Positions 28,003 through 39,238 of a stretch of DNA of 64,000 nt are shown in pieces. Under the pieces are notes generated by a model, which saw only the letters and a list, made by a program, of their open reading frames with translations, was not told the origin of the DNA and ran no database searches. Within the stretch, counting starts at the first letter, position 1. Each line of letters begins with the position of its first letter. The DNA lies in the NCBI GenBank assembly GCA_965112735.1, contig OZ218952.1, positions 248,001-312,000 on the forward strand. The letters run 5' to 3'. Source of the stretch: Phaeosaccion multiseriatum (Eukaryota; Protista; Ochrophyta, other classes). Made by a program: the position numbers and the translations under genes.

Positions 28003-31000
28003 GACTTTGAAGAGGGGGGCGAAAGTGGAGTGCCGGATCCATTCTCGCTACTATCCTGCCACGATATCTCGCGTCCACAGGGACGGCACCTTCGATGTCC
28101 TTTACACGGACGGAGAGAAGGAGAAGGGCGTCGAGCGAAGGAGGCTCCGAGGGCGGACAAGCCCCCTTGGGGAAGCTCCGAGCCCAAGGGGGCGTGGTGG
28201 GAAAGGGAAAGCGAAAGGGTTCTCCCAAGGCCCTTCCCAAGGCCCGCCCCCCCAAGGGGAAGAGGAGGGCTCTACCTGTTACTCGGACGATGGGCAGTGG
28301 GAGAACGACGAAGCGGAAATCGAGGCAGACAAGGAGGGGCAGGTCAACTTTGATGATGATGATGATGATGATGATATCGATGATGACGACTCTGCTCCGC
28401 TGTCCTCGCTGCTGTCGGTAGGGGACGGGGTGGAGGCGCAGTTTCGAGGCGAGGGCAAGTGGCTGAGAGGGCACGTCCTGTGGGAAAATGGGGACGGCTC
28501 CTACGCGGTGCAGTACTGCGACAAGGAGCGGGAGATGAGCGTGCGCTCCGAGCACATCAGGCCTCCGACCCGGGCCAGTGGAGCCTCTGTGGGGCCGGCT
28601 GGTGCTGCTGCTGCGGCGGCTGCTGCTGCTGCTGCTGCTGGTGGTGGTGGTGGTGGTGGTGGTGGAGCAGGAGGCAAGGGCGTCGTCCTCTTCTCCAAGG
28701 GGATGAAGGTCAAGAGCCGCCTCGCTGGGCACAGTCGCTTCTACCCCGCCGTCGTGTCTCGGGTGCACAGCGACGGCTCGTGTGACGTGACGTACTTTGA
28801 CGGAGAGAAGGAGCGGCGTGTCCCGCCAGCCCTCCTGCAAGCGCGAAGCAGCAACGCCCCACAACAACAGCAAGCACACCAACAACAGCCACAAGGAGAG
28901 GGAGAAGCGCTTGTCAGCGATGAAAGCTCCGCGTCTCTGGTTTCGTCCTTCCAAGACTTTTGGGATACCTTCCGCGTGGGAGAGAGGGTAGAGGCCGACT
29001 ACGAAGGGCAAGGGCGATGGTACTCCGCCAGAGTGGTGAAGCTGTGCCCCAAGACATCGAGATACGTCGTGCAGTACGCTGACACGGAGAGAGAGCGTGA
29101 TGTGCCTGCCGACCGCATCCGATCAGCGTCGGGGAGGAGGCCATCGAGCCAGCTTCAGCCGCCCAGTGCCCGACAAGCAGAAGAGGAAGGCTCAGGCGGT
29201 GCACACGCTGCAGGGCGCGGGGAGGACATGGCGACTTTGGCCCCTGGTACGGCGGTGGAATGCAAGATTCACTCCCGCTACTACCCGGCCACAGTGGCTC
29301 GTGTGCGCAGCGACGGTACCTACGATGTTAGGTACGAGGACGGAGAGAGGGAGGCGGCAGTGCCTGCGGGGAGGATTCGCGCCGCGCCTTGGAGGAGGGC
29401 TGACAGCGGCAAAGACAGCAGGGATGGTCATGGAAGTCGCCGCATCAGCACCAGCAACAGTAACGGCAGCTTCGTCAGCATCAGCAGCAGCGTGAGGGGC
29501 GACACCTTCTCCTCCCCCTTCTCTTCTCGAGACGGACGTTTCGACACCGCCGCAATCATGCTCGACACAGACGCCAAGGAGGACGACTTTGCCGTGGGAG
29601 ACACCGTGTGTGCAGACTACAGAGGAGAGGGGAGATGGTATAGGGGCATAATCAAGAGGGAGAGCGACGATGGCTCCGGCTACCTCGTGCAGTACCTCGA
29701 CTCGGAAAGGGAGTACGTACCACTCGACCGCATCCGGGCCCCGGAGAGAGGAGGCGAGCACGGCGGTGGGCCGAGAACACCGAGCAAGCGAGACGGCACT
29801 GCTACTGCTACAATGGAGGATGAGCCACCGACGAAGATTGTCGAGGTGGGGACGAAGGTGAAGTGCCGCCTCGGTGGACATAGTCGCTTCTACCCTGCCA
29901 CAGTGTCCTGCATTCACGCGGATGGGACGTGCGACGTGACGTACTTTGACGGGGAGAAGGAGAGGGGAGTTGAGCCGGCCCTCCTGCGTTCGAGAGGTAG
30001 TGGAGCGGCCGTCGCTTTGGGTGCCCCGACGGAGGAGGCGATCGAGGAGCAGCCTTCTCGTGCGTCTTCGTTCGATGATATTTGGACGGACTTCCGCGAG
30101 GGGGAGAGGATAGAGGCCAACTACGAAGGGCAGGGGCGATGGTACCCCGCCAGAGTGGTGGAGCTGTGCCCCAAGACCTCGAGCTACGTCGTGCAGTACG
30201 CTGACACGGAGAGAGAGCGTGATGTGCCTGCCGACCGCATTCGATCATCGCCAGCGAGGCGCCAGTCCATCCAGCCGCCTGTCGAGGAGTGCGCCAATGA
30301 GCCGACCGATCTGGTGGAGGTGGACATGGAAGTGAAGGGCAGGCAGGGCGGTCACACACGCTACTACGCCGCTGTGGTCACGCGCATTCATCGCGACGGG
30401 ACGTGCGACGTCACCTACTACGACGGCGAGTGCGAGGCGAGGGTCCCGCTGGAGCTGCTGCGTGCGAGGAATACCGGCAGAAAGCTGCGCTGGAAGGACG
30501 GAGGCAGGGAGGACCAGCGTCAGCTGGCGTCGTCGCCTTCTGTGACCTCGTCCGGATTCGAAGAGGTGTGGGAGGACTTCCGGGTCGGTGACATGGTGGA
30601 GGCGAACTACCGAGGAGAGGGGCGCTGGTACCGAGGCAGGCTTGTGGACAGGAGCGACAACGGCTCCGAGAGGGTCTTCGCAGTGCAGTATGACGACAAA
30701 GAGAGGGAAGTGCGTGTGTCTGAGGACCTCATTCGCCCGGTGGGGAGAGGGAAGGCCAGCGACAGCAGCAGAGCCGAGGCCGGGGAGGGAAGCGAGCGAG
30801 AAGCAGTAGTCTTCGAGCGAGGCATGGAGGTGGAGTGTAGGCTGGGGGGGCACTCCCGCTACCACGCAGCCACCATCTCGCGCGTACACACCGACGGAAC
30901 GTGCGATGTGGTGTATGACGACGGCGATCGCGAGTCGAGGGTCTCACCGCAGCTCATGCGCGACAGGAGAACAGGCAAGGCCTTCGGAGCCACGCGCCCT

Positions 31001-34000
31001 CGACAGAGCGAGGAGACTGAGGGGAACGCCGAGGGGCGCGACGGCCTCTCTGACTCATCACTCGGCGATGAGGAGATGTGGGACGAGTGGAGGGTGGGAG
31101 AGGCGGTGGAGGTGGACTACAGAGGGCAGGGGCGGTGGTACGCCGCCACGCTCATCGGAAAGCAGCCCTGGGACGGCGGGGCGGCCTCTTACGCGGTGCA
31201 GTACGCCGACAGAGAGAGAGAGAACGACGTCTCTGGCGACCGCATCAGACATGCCACTCGCCGCAAGGAGGAGGGCCGGCAGAGGAAGCAGGAAGTGGAG
31301 GATCAGGAGCCCTTCTCGGTGGGTGATGAGGTGGAGTGCCGCCTCGGTGGGCACAGTCGCTTCTACCCCGCCGTCGTGTCTCGGGTGCACAGCGACGGCT
31401 TGTATGACGTGACGTACTTTGACGGAGAGAGGGAGAAGGGAGTCGCGCCAACCCTCCTGCGTTCGAGAGACAGTGGAGCGGCCGCCTTGCTCGGTACCCC
31501 TACCGCCGAGGCGATCGAGGAGCAGCCCTCTCTGACGTCTTCGTTCGATGATTACTGGGATACCTTCCGCGTGGGGGAGAGGGTAGAGGCCGACTACGAA
31601 GGGCAGGGGCGATGGTACCCCGCCAGAGTGGTGGAGCTGTGCCATAAGACCTCGAGCTACGTCGTGCAGTACGCTGACACGGAGAGAGAGCGTGGTGTGC
31701 CTGCCGACCGCATTCGATCATCGCCAGCGAGGCGCCAGTCCATCCAGCCGCCTGTCGAGGAGCGCGCCGATGAGCCGACCGACCTGGTGGAGGTGGACAT
31801 GGAAGTGAAGGGCAGGCAGGGCGGTCACACACGCTATTATGCCGGTGTGGTCACGCACATTCATCGCGACGGGACGTGCGACGTCACCTACTACGACGGC
31901 GAGTGCGAGGCGAGGGTCCCGCTGGAGCTGCTGCGAGCGAGGAACACCGGCAGGAAGCTGCGCTGGAAGGAGGGAGGCAGGGAGGACCAGCGTCAGCTGG
32001 CGTCGTCGCCTTCTGTGACCTCGTCCGGATTCGAAGAGGTGTGGGAGGACTTCCGGGTCGGCGACATGGTGGAGGCGAACTACCGAGGAGAGGGGCGCTG
32101 GTATCGAGGCAGGCTTGTGGACAGGAGCGACAACGGCTCCGAGAGGGTCTTCGCAGTGCAGTATGACGACAAAGAGAGGGAAGTGCGTGTGTCTGAGGAC
32201 CGCATTCGCCCGGTAGGGAGAGGGAAGGCCAGCGACAGCAGCAGAGCCGAGGCCGGGGAGGGAAGCGAGCGAGAAGCAGTAGTCTTCGAGCGAGGAATGG
32301 AGGTGGAGTGTAGGCTGGGGGGGCACTCCCGCTACCACGCAGCCACCATCTCGCGCGTACACACCGACGGAACGTGCGATGTGGTGTGTGACGACGGCGA
32401 TCGCGAGTCGAGGGTCTCACCGCAGCTCATGCGCGACAGGAGAACAGGCAAGGCCTTCGGAGCCACGCGCCCTCGACAGAGCGAGGAGACTGAGGGGAAC
32501 GCCGAGGGGCGCGACGGCCTCTCTGACTCATCACTCGGCGATGAGGAGATGTGGGACGAGTGGAGGGTGGGAGAGGCGGTGGAGGTGGACTACAGAGGGC
32601 AGGGGCGGTGGTACGCCGCCACGCTCATCGGAAAGCAGCCCTGGGACGGCGGGGCGGCCTCTTACGCGGTGCAGTACGCCGACAGAGAGAGAGAGAACGA
32701 CGTCTCTGGCGACCGCATCAGACATGCCACTCGCCGCAAGGAGGAGGGCCGGCAGAGGAAGCAGGAAGTGGAGGATCAGGAGCCCTTCTCGGTGGGTGAT
32801 GAGGTGGAGTGCCGCCTCGGTGGGCACAGTCGCTTCTACCCCGCCGTCGTGTCTCGGGTGCACAGCGACGGCTTGTATGACGTGACGTACTTTGACGGAG
32901 AGAGGGAGAAGGGAGTCGCGCCAACCCTCCTGCGTTCGAGACACAGTGGAGCGGCCACCTTGGTCGGTACCCCTACCGCCGAGGCGATCGAGGAGCAGCC
33001 CTCTCTGACGTCTTCGTTCGATGATTACTGGGATACCTTCCGCGTGGGAGAGAGGGTAGAGGCCGACTACGAAGGGCAGGGGCGATGGTACCCCGCCAGA
33101 GTGGTGGAGCTGTGCCATAAGACCTCGAGCTACGTCGTGCAGTACACTGACACGGAGAGAGAGCGTGGTGTGCCTGCCGACCGCATTCGATCATCGCCAG
33201 CGAGGCGCCAGTCCATCCAGCCGCCTGTCGAGGAGCGCGCCGATGAGCCGACCGACCTGGTAGAGGTGGACATGGAAGTGAAGGGCAGGCAGGGCGGTCA
33301 CACACGCTACTACGCCGGTGTGGTCACGCACATTCATCGCGACGGGACGTGCGACGTCACCTACTACGACGGCGAGTGCGAGGCGAGGGTCCCGCTGGAG
33401 CTGCTGCGAGCGAGGAACACCGGCAGAAAGCTGCGCTGGAAGGAGGGAGGCAGGGAGGACCAGCGTCAGCTGGCGTCGTCGCCTTCTGTGACCTCGTCCG
33501 GATTCGAAGAGGTGTGGGAGGACTTCCGGGTCGGTGACATGGTGGAGGCGAACTACCGAGGAGAGGGGCGCTGGTACCGAGGCAGGCTTGTGGACAGGAG
33601 CGACAACGGCTCCGAGAGGGTCTTCGCAGTGCAGTATGACGACAAAGAGAGGGAAGTGCGTGTGTCTGAGGACCTCATTCGCCCGGTAGGGAGAGGGAAG
33701 GCCAGCGACAGCAGCAGAGCCGAGGCCGGGGAGGGAAGCGAGCGAGAAGCAGTAGTCTTCGAGCGGGGAATGGAGGTGGAGTGTAGGCTGGGGGGGCACT
33801 CCCGCTACCACGCAGCCACCATCTCGCGCGTACACACCGACGGAACGTGCGATGTGGTGTATGACGACGGCGATCGCGAGTCGAGGGTCTCACCGCAGCT
33901 CATGCGCGACAGGAGAACAGGCAAGGCCTTCGGAGCCACGCGCCCTCGACAGAGCGAGGAGACTGAGGGGAACGCCGAGGGGCGCGACGGCCTCTCTGAC

Positions 34001-37000
34001 TCATCACTCGGCGATGAGGAGATGTGGGACGAGTGGAGGGTGGGAGAGGCGGTGGAGGTGGACTACAGAGGGCAGGGGCGGTGGTACGCAGCCACGCTCA
34101 TCGGAAAGCAGCCCTGGGACGGCGGGGCGGCCTCTTACGCGGTGCAGTACGCCGACAGAGAGAGAGAGAACGACGTCTCTGGCGACCGCATCAGACATGC
34201 CACTCGCCGCAAGGAGGAGGGCCGGCAGAGGAAGCAGGAAGTGGAGGATCAGGAGCCCTTCTCGGTGGGTGATGAGGTGGAGTGCCGCCTCGGTGGGCAC
34301 AGTCGCTTCTACCCCGCCGTCGTGTCTCGGGTGCACAGCGACGGCTTGTATGACGTGACGTACTTTGACGGAGAGAGGGAGAAGGGAGTCGCGCCAACCC
34401 TCCTGCGTTCGAGACACAGTGGAGCGGCCACCTTGGTCGGTACCCCTACCGCCGAGGCGATCGAGGAGCAGCCCTCTCTGACGTCTTCGTTCGATGATTA
34501 CTGGGATACCTTCCGCGTGGGAGAGAGGGTAGAGGCCGACTACGAAGGGCAGGGGCGATGGTACCCCGCCAGAGTGGTGGAGCTGTGCCATAAGACCTCG
34601 AGCTACGTCGTGCAGTACACTGACACGGAGAGAGAGCGTGGTGTGCCTGCCGACCGCATTCGATCATCGCCAGCGAGGCGCCAGTCCATCCAGCCGCCTG
34701 TCGAGGAGCGCGCCGATGAGCCGACCGACCTGGTAGAGGTGGACATGGAAGTGAAGGGCAGGCAGGGCGGTCACACACGCTACTACGCCGGTGTGGTCAC
34801 GCACATTCATCGCGACGGGACGTGCGACGTCACCTACTACGACGGCGAGTGCGAGGCGAGGGTCCCGCTGGAGCTGCTGCGAGCGAGGAACACCGGCAGA
34901 AAGCTGCGCTGGAAGGAGGGAGGCAGGGAGGACCAGCGTCAGCTGGCGTCGTCGCCTTCTGTGACCTCGTCCGGATTCGAAGAGGTGTGGGAGGACTTCC
35001 GGGTCGGTGACATGGTGGAGGCGAACTACCGAGGAGAGGGGCGCTGGTACCGAGGCAGGCTTGTGGACAGGAGCGACAACGGCTCCGAGAGGGTCTTCGC
35101 AGTGCAGTATGACGACAAAGAGAGGGAAGTGCGTGTGTCTGAGGACCGCATTCGCCCGGTAGGGAGAGGGAAGGCCAGCGACAGCAGCAGAGCCGAGGCC
35201 GGGGAGGGAAGCGAGCGAGAAGCAGTGGTCTTCGAGCGGGGAATGGAGGTGGAGTGTAGGCTGGGGGGGCACTCCCGCTATCACGCAGCCACCATCTCGC
35301 GCGTACACACCGACGGAACGTGCGATGTGGTGTATGACGACGGCGATCGCGAGTCGAGGGTCTCACCGCAGCTCATGCGCGACAGAAGAACAGGCAAGGC
35401 CTTCGGAGCCACGCGCCCTCGACAGAGCGAGGAGACTGAGGGGAACGCCGAGGGGCGCGACGGCCTCTCTGACTCATCACTCGGCGGTGAGGAGATGTGG
35501 GACGAGTGGAGGGTGGGAGAGGCGGTGGAGGTGGACTACAGAGGGCAGGGGCGGTGGTACGCAGCCACGCTCATCGGAAAGCAGCCCTGGGACGGCGGGG
35601 CGGCCTCTTACGCGGTGCAGTACGCCGACAGAGAGAGAGAGAACGACGTCTCTGGCGACCGCATCAGACACGCCACTCGCCGCAAGGAGGAGGGCCGGCA
35701 GAGGAAGCAGGAAGTGGAGGATCAGGAGCCCTTCTCGGTGGGTGATGAGGTGGAGTGCCGCCTCGGTGGGCACAGTCGCTTCTACCCCGCAGTCATCTCC
35801 TACGCCTATCGAAGCGGTGGGTACGACGTGGTCTACACGGATGGAGAGGAGGAGGACGGAGTGGATGCGAGCCTTGCGCGAGCGAGGACGACTGGTCAGC
35901 GGAGTCGTGCGTATGTCAACAAGAGCGGGAAGGGCACCGACAGAGAGCCTTTAGATGGCTCTGAGGAGGGCATTGAGGCCTTCAAAGTAGCCAAGAAAGC
36001 GGCCAATGCGGCGGTGCGAGGAGCAACGGAGCGGGTGGGAGAGTCGAGACGGAAGCAAGAAGCCCAAGTGTCGAGTGTGGCCAGCACTCCCAAGCCTATA
36101 CCACCCTCCACGCTGGTGAGGACCAGCAGAGAAATTGCCATAGGCAACATCAGAGCCTTCGTGGCGAAAGAGAAGGAGGCAGAGGCAGCAGCAGCAGCAG
36201 CAGCAGAAGCAGTGGACGATGGACCCGCCTCGGCTACATCCCGCTCCCCCTCCGCCCTCTCTTTCGACTATGAAGACAACAGAGACAGCTTCGACTCCAA
36301 GGCTCAGACTCAGACCCACCCACAGGCTCGGCGAGAAAAGAGGGCCGGAGATGACGACCACGGCGATCTCCAAGAAGCATCACTCTTCGCTGAGTATGAT
36401 GAATATGATGATGATGACGACGCGCGGGACGGCAGCTTCTCAGAAAAGGCCTCCCCGAGGCCTCGGCATGCCAAGACGGGCAAGCCTGGCAAGACTGGCA
36501 ATGGTCGACAGGCTCCCCGACGTCTACGCACCGGCGCTCGGGTACAAGTTGACTATCAAGGGACGGGGCAGTGGTACCCTGGCTTTATCGCCTCCAGTGA
36601 GAGACGAGACGGTACGTGGGACATTCGATACGACGACGGAGAGGAGGAGTACGGTGTACACACCAGTGCAGTGCGTAGACTTGAAGAGGAGGGGGAGCTG
36701 GGGGGTGAGGATCAGGAGAAGGAGGGCGAAGCGGTGGAGGAGGTGGAGGAGGGCCGGGGGGAGGAGGACGTGTCCGTTGCTGGCGCTGGCCCCGCGTCCG
36801 TGTCGAGGCGAGGTCGTGGAGCAGGCGGGTTGCGCAAGGGGGACTCGATTCTGGTGGACTACCACTGCACAGGCGACTTGTACCCGGCCACCATTGTCTC
36901 GAGTGAGAGACGCGACGGCACGTGGGATGTGCTGTATGAGGACGGGGAAGAGGAGCGAGGCGTTCGTGCGCGAGACATTCGCAGAGTCGTCGGTGGGGAA

Positions 37001-37777
37001 ACAGCAGCGACCACAACGCAGCAGCAGGAGCAGCAGCAGCAGCAAGAGGAGGAGACGGGGCGACCCGAGCGTCCTTGGAGCTCTCCTCCTCCTCCTTCTA
37101 CCTCTCCTCTGTCGAGCTTGTCTCCCAACAAGCGGAGGCCGCTCACTCGTAGGCCTGAGCGAAGGGCGCCCGAGCCACGAGACTCCCCTTCTCAAGAGGA
37201 CAGCTCCGACGGCGGTGGAGAGGCTCCAGCCGGAAGAGGAGAAGGAGGAGGGGGAGGAGAAGGGGTGGCACGGCACCCTCAGAGGCCTTCAAAGCGGCAG
37301 GCCGGGCTCACCCCGAAGAGGCCTGCCACCGCCCCCCGGGGGAGGGCACAGATGGAGAGGCGACAGCAGGGGAGGCCGGAATCCGCAAGGGAGGAAAGCC
37401 GGAAACGACCGCGCGGTGAGGACGTGGAGAGGTGGGGAGGAGGAGGAAGAGGAAGAGGAGCAGGAGACGAAGGCGTCACCAGCCAAGATGAGGAGGATGC
37501 ACGGATGATTGGAGAGCAGGAAGAGCCTGAGAGGCACAGGCCTGCTGCGGCCAAGAGGCGCTTCGCCGCAGGCACGCCGGTGATGGCCAACTACGGAGGG
37601 CTGGGAGAGTGGTTCCCGGCCGTGGTGGAGCAGCGACGAGAGGTGGCTCCGGCACGAGGGGGCGGCAGACAAGACAAGGGGCACGAGGAGAGGCGGTGGG
37701 TCTATGACGTGCGGTATGAGGATGGGGACTCCGAGTCGAGAGTGCGCGAGAACAGGCTGAGGGCCGTCGGAGCTTGA
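24593..37777 (+). CDS. Giant (~4,185 aa) protein with 37 Tudor/Agenet-like barrels; exons 24593-24923, 25035-25213, 25374-26960, 27317-37777
   Basis: ORFs 24593-25315, 25302-27068 and 27356-37777 join in frame through GT-AG introns. One barrel is split by the last intron (WEKGMRVE|ANYREEGR). The repeated module F.VG..VE..Y.G.GRWY.A.V......Y.V.Y.DGE.E..V....IR matches LBR-type Tudor/Agenet barrels. The N-terminal exons are less certain than the large exon. Confidence 0.85.
29858..35795 (+). repeat. Coding tandem super-repeat: 4 x 1473 bp (491 aa, 6 Tudor-like domains each) plus the start of a 5th copy
   Basis: Unit starts at 29858, 31331, 32804, 34277 and 35750 (spacing exactly 1473). The shadow ORFs recur at the same period. 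Confidence 0.97.
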
Positions 37778-38340
37778 CTTGGGGGCTTGGCTTGCGATGT
37801 GGCTGATGCAAGGGATACATGGTAGGAAAGAGGAAGTAGGATAGGGGATAGAGGACCCGGGACATAGGATAGAAGGCAGAGGATAAGACAGAGGACGGAG
37901 GTTGTTATTCTGCACGCTTCTCCCCGGCGGGCAGCGACAACTCAACACGAGCGACCGTGTATTTTGGGATATATACATATATACATAGCTTAGTTCGACA
38001 TAGCTTAGTTCGGTAGACGTGTAGCTTAGGTATTAGGATGATAATATGTTGACCTTATCAAACATCGAACACCATAAACGGGATCGATAACATGATGATG
38101 ATAGTAAGGGTCAGTAAATATGATTCGGCGACAGTGACAATGTGAGAGACGCCAGCCGTCCTCTTTTGAGCGGCAGCCTCGACTCAATCAAGGCTGTCCG
38201 GTCCAAAGCCAATATCAAATTCGGGCGAGCCAGGACCATGTCTGGCAGGGGAGAAGGGGCACGGGAGTAGGGGGGGACCATTCGGAATGTGAGGAAAACG
38301 CACCACACAAGGCGGCTCTGTACTTTGTAGACACACGTAT

Positions 38341-38613
38341 CTATTCCGACGAGAGTCTGTGGTGAACATCTCGGGTCAGTGCAAGGACCTGGTCCTCCCC
38401 GAGCTCGCTCTTCTTGCACTTGGCCTCGATGAAGGGGAAAATCTCCCCCCTGGGGAAGCCGTACTCGATCATGTTGAAGGCAATGCTCGCCAGCTGAGAC
38501 AATACGCAATTGTGGACGGATAGAACAGCTTCCCGTCTTGCCTGCTGCCCCATGTCGTCCCACCGGCCCTGTTCCGGCGCCACGTTTACGCCAAACTTCA
38601 AAACCTTCTCCAT
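38341..38613 (-). CDS. 90-aa ORF resembling the C-terminal helical region of DENN/SBF2-type proteins; micro-protein or gene fragment
   Basis: RWDDMGQQARREAVLSVHNCVLSQLASIAFNMIEYGFPRGEIFPFIEAKCKKSELGEDQ is protein-like and recalls the 'QL.S.A.NM..FG......F....C....L.EDQ' pattern. The family call is from memory. There is an in-frame TAA 5 codons upstream of the ATG. Confidence 0.5.
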   Translation of the reverse strand: MEKVLKFGVNVAPEQGRWDDMGQQARREAVLSVHNCVLSQLASIAFNMIEYGFPRGEIFPFIEAKCKKSELGEDQVLALTRDVHHRLSSE

Positions 38614-39238
38614 CGATTTCTTGACTTATCCACCTCGATTTCGTTGACTTATCCACTACTTTTCAGGTTTCCTTCCCTCCCTTTGTCTGTCTCTTGTCTC
38701 TTACCCTCTCTCTCCCTCCTATCAGCTGCCTCGACTCGCTCTTAGGCACACACACAGCTCAAGCAAAACGCACTGACATGAAAACAGTGCTGTGCCCTGA
38801 AGAGCAAGGGACAGCTCTTTGCTCATGGGATGGATACATGTCGTTCCTGCGATACATTTATATAATCTATGACTACTTATAAGGTATAGAGTATTGTATA
38901 GCAAGAACGAGAGAGCAGCAAAACTGGATACTGGAACCCCTCCTGTGCCATTCGTAGAGACGAATCTCTCAAGATCTCCACCCTGCACACAAAGTGTACT
39001 TTCTATTGACCATGTACGCTCGTACATCTCCGGCAGTATAACAGTAGACGCCTCCTTTCCTTGGCGGGACTCTTGGGGCCTCCTGTTCCCCTTCGCTCCC
39101 GTCTCCTTTCGTTCCTATTCCCGCCCCTTCGTCTCCCTCGCGCTGGGAGGGTACCGTGAGCACCTCAGGAGGAGGAAGAAAAAGGGCGAGGAGGAGCAGA
39201 GAATACCACACATTACAAACCGAGAGAACGGGGCGTGG

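Noticed and set aside
29858-35795. 1473-bp repeats as a transposon, satellite or CRISPR-like array
   Set aside because: The unit is a multiple of 3 within one open frame, with no spacers, terminal repeats or transposase/RT motifs. It is an intragenic domain expansion.
37980-38030. CATAGCTTAGTTCG direct repeat in the AT-rich spacer
   Set aside because: Only two adjacent full copies and no spacers; ordinary local duplication.
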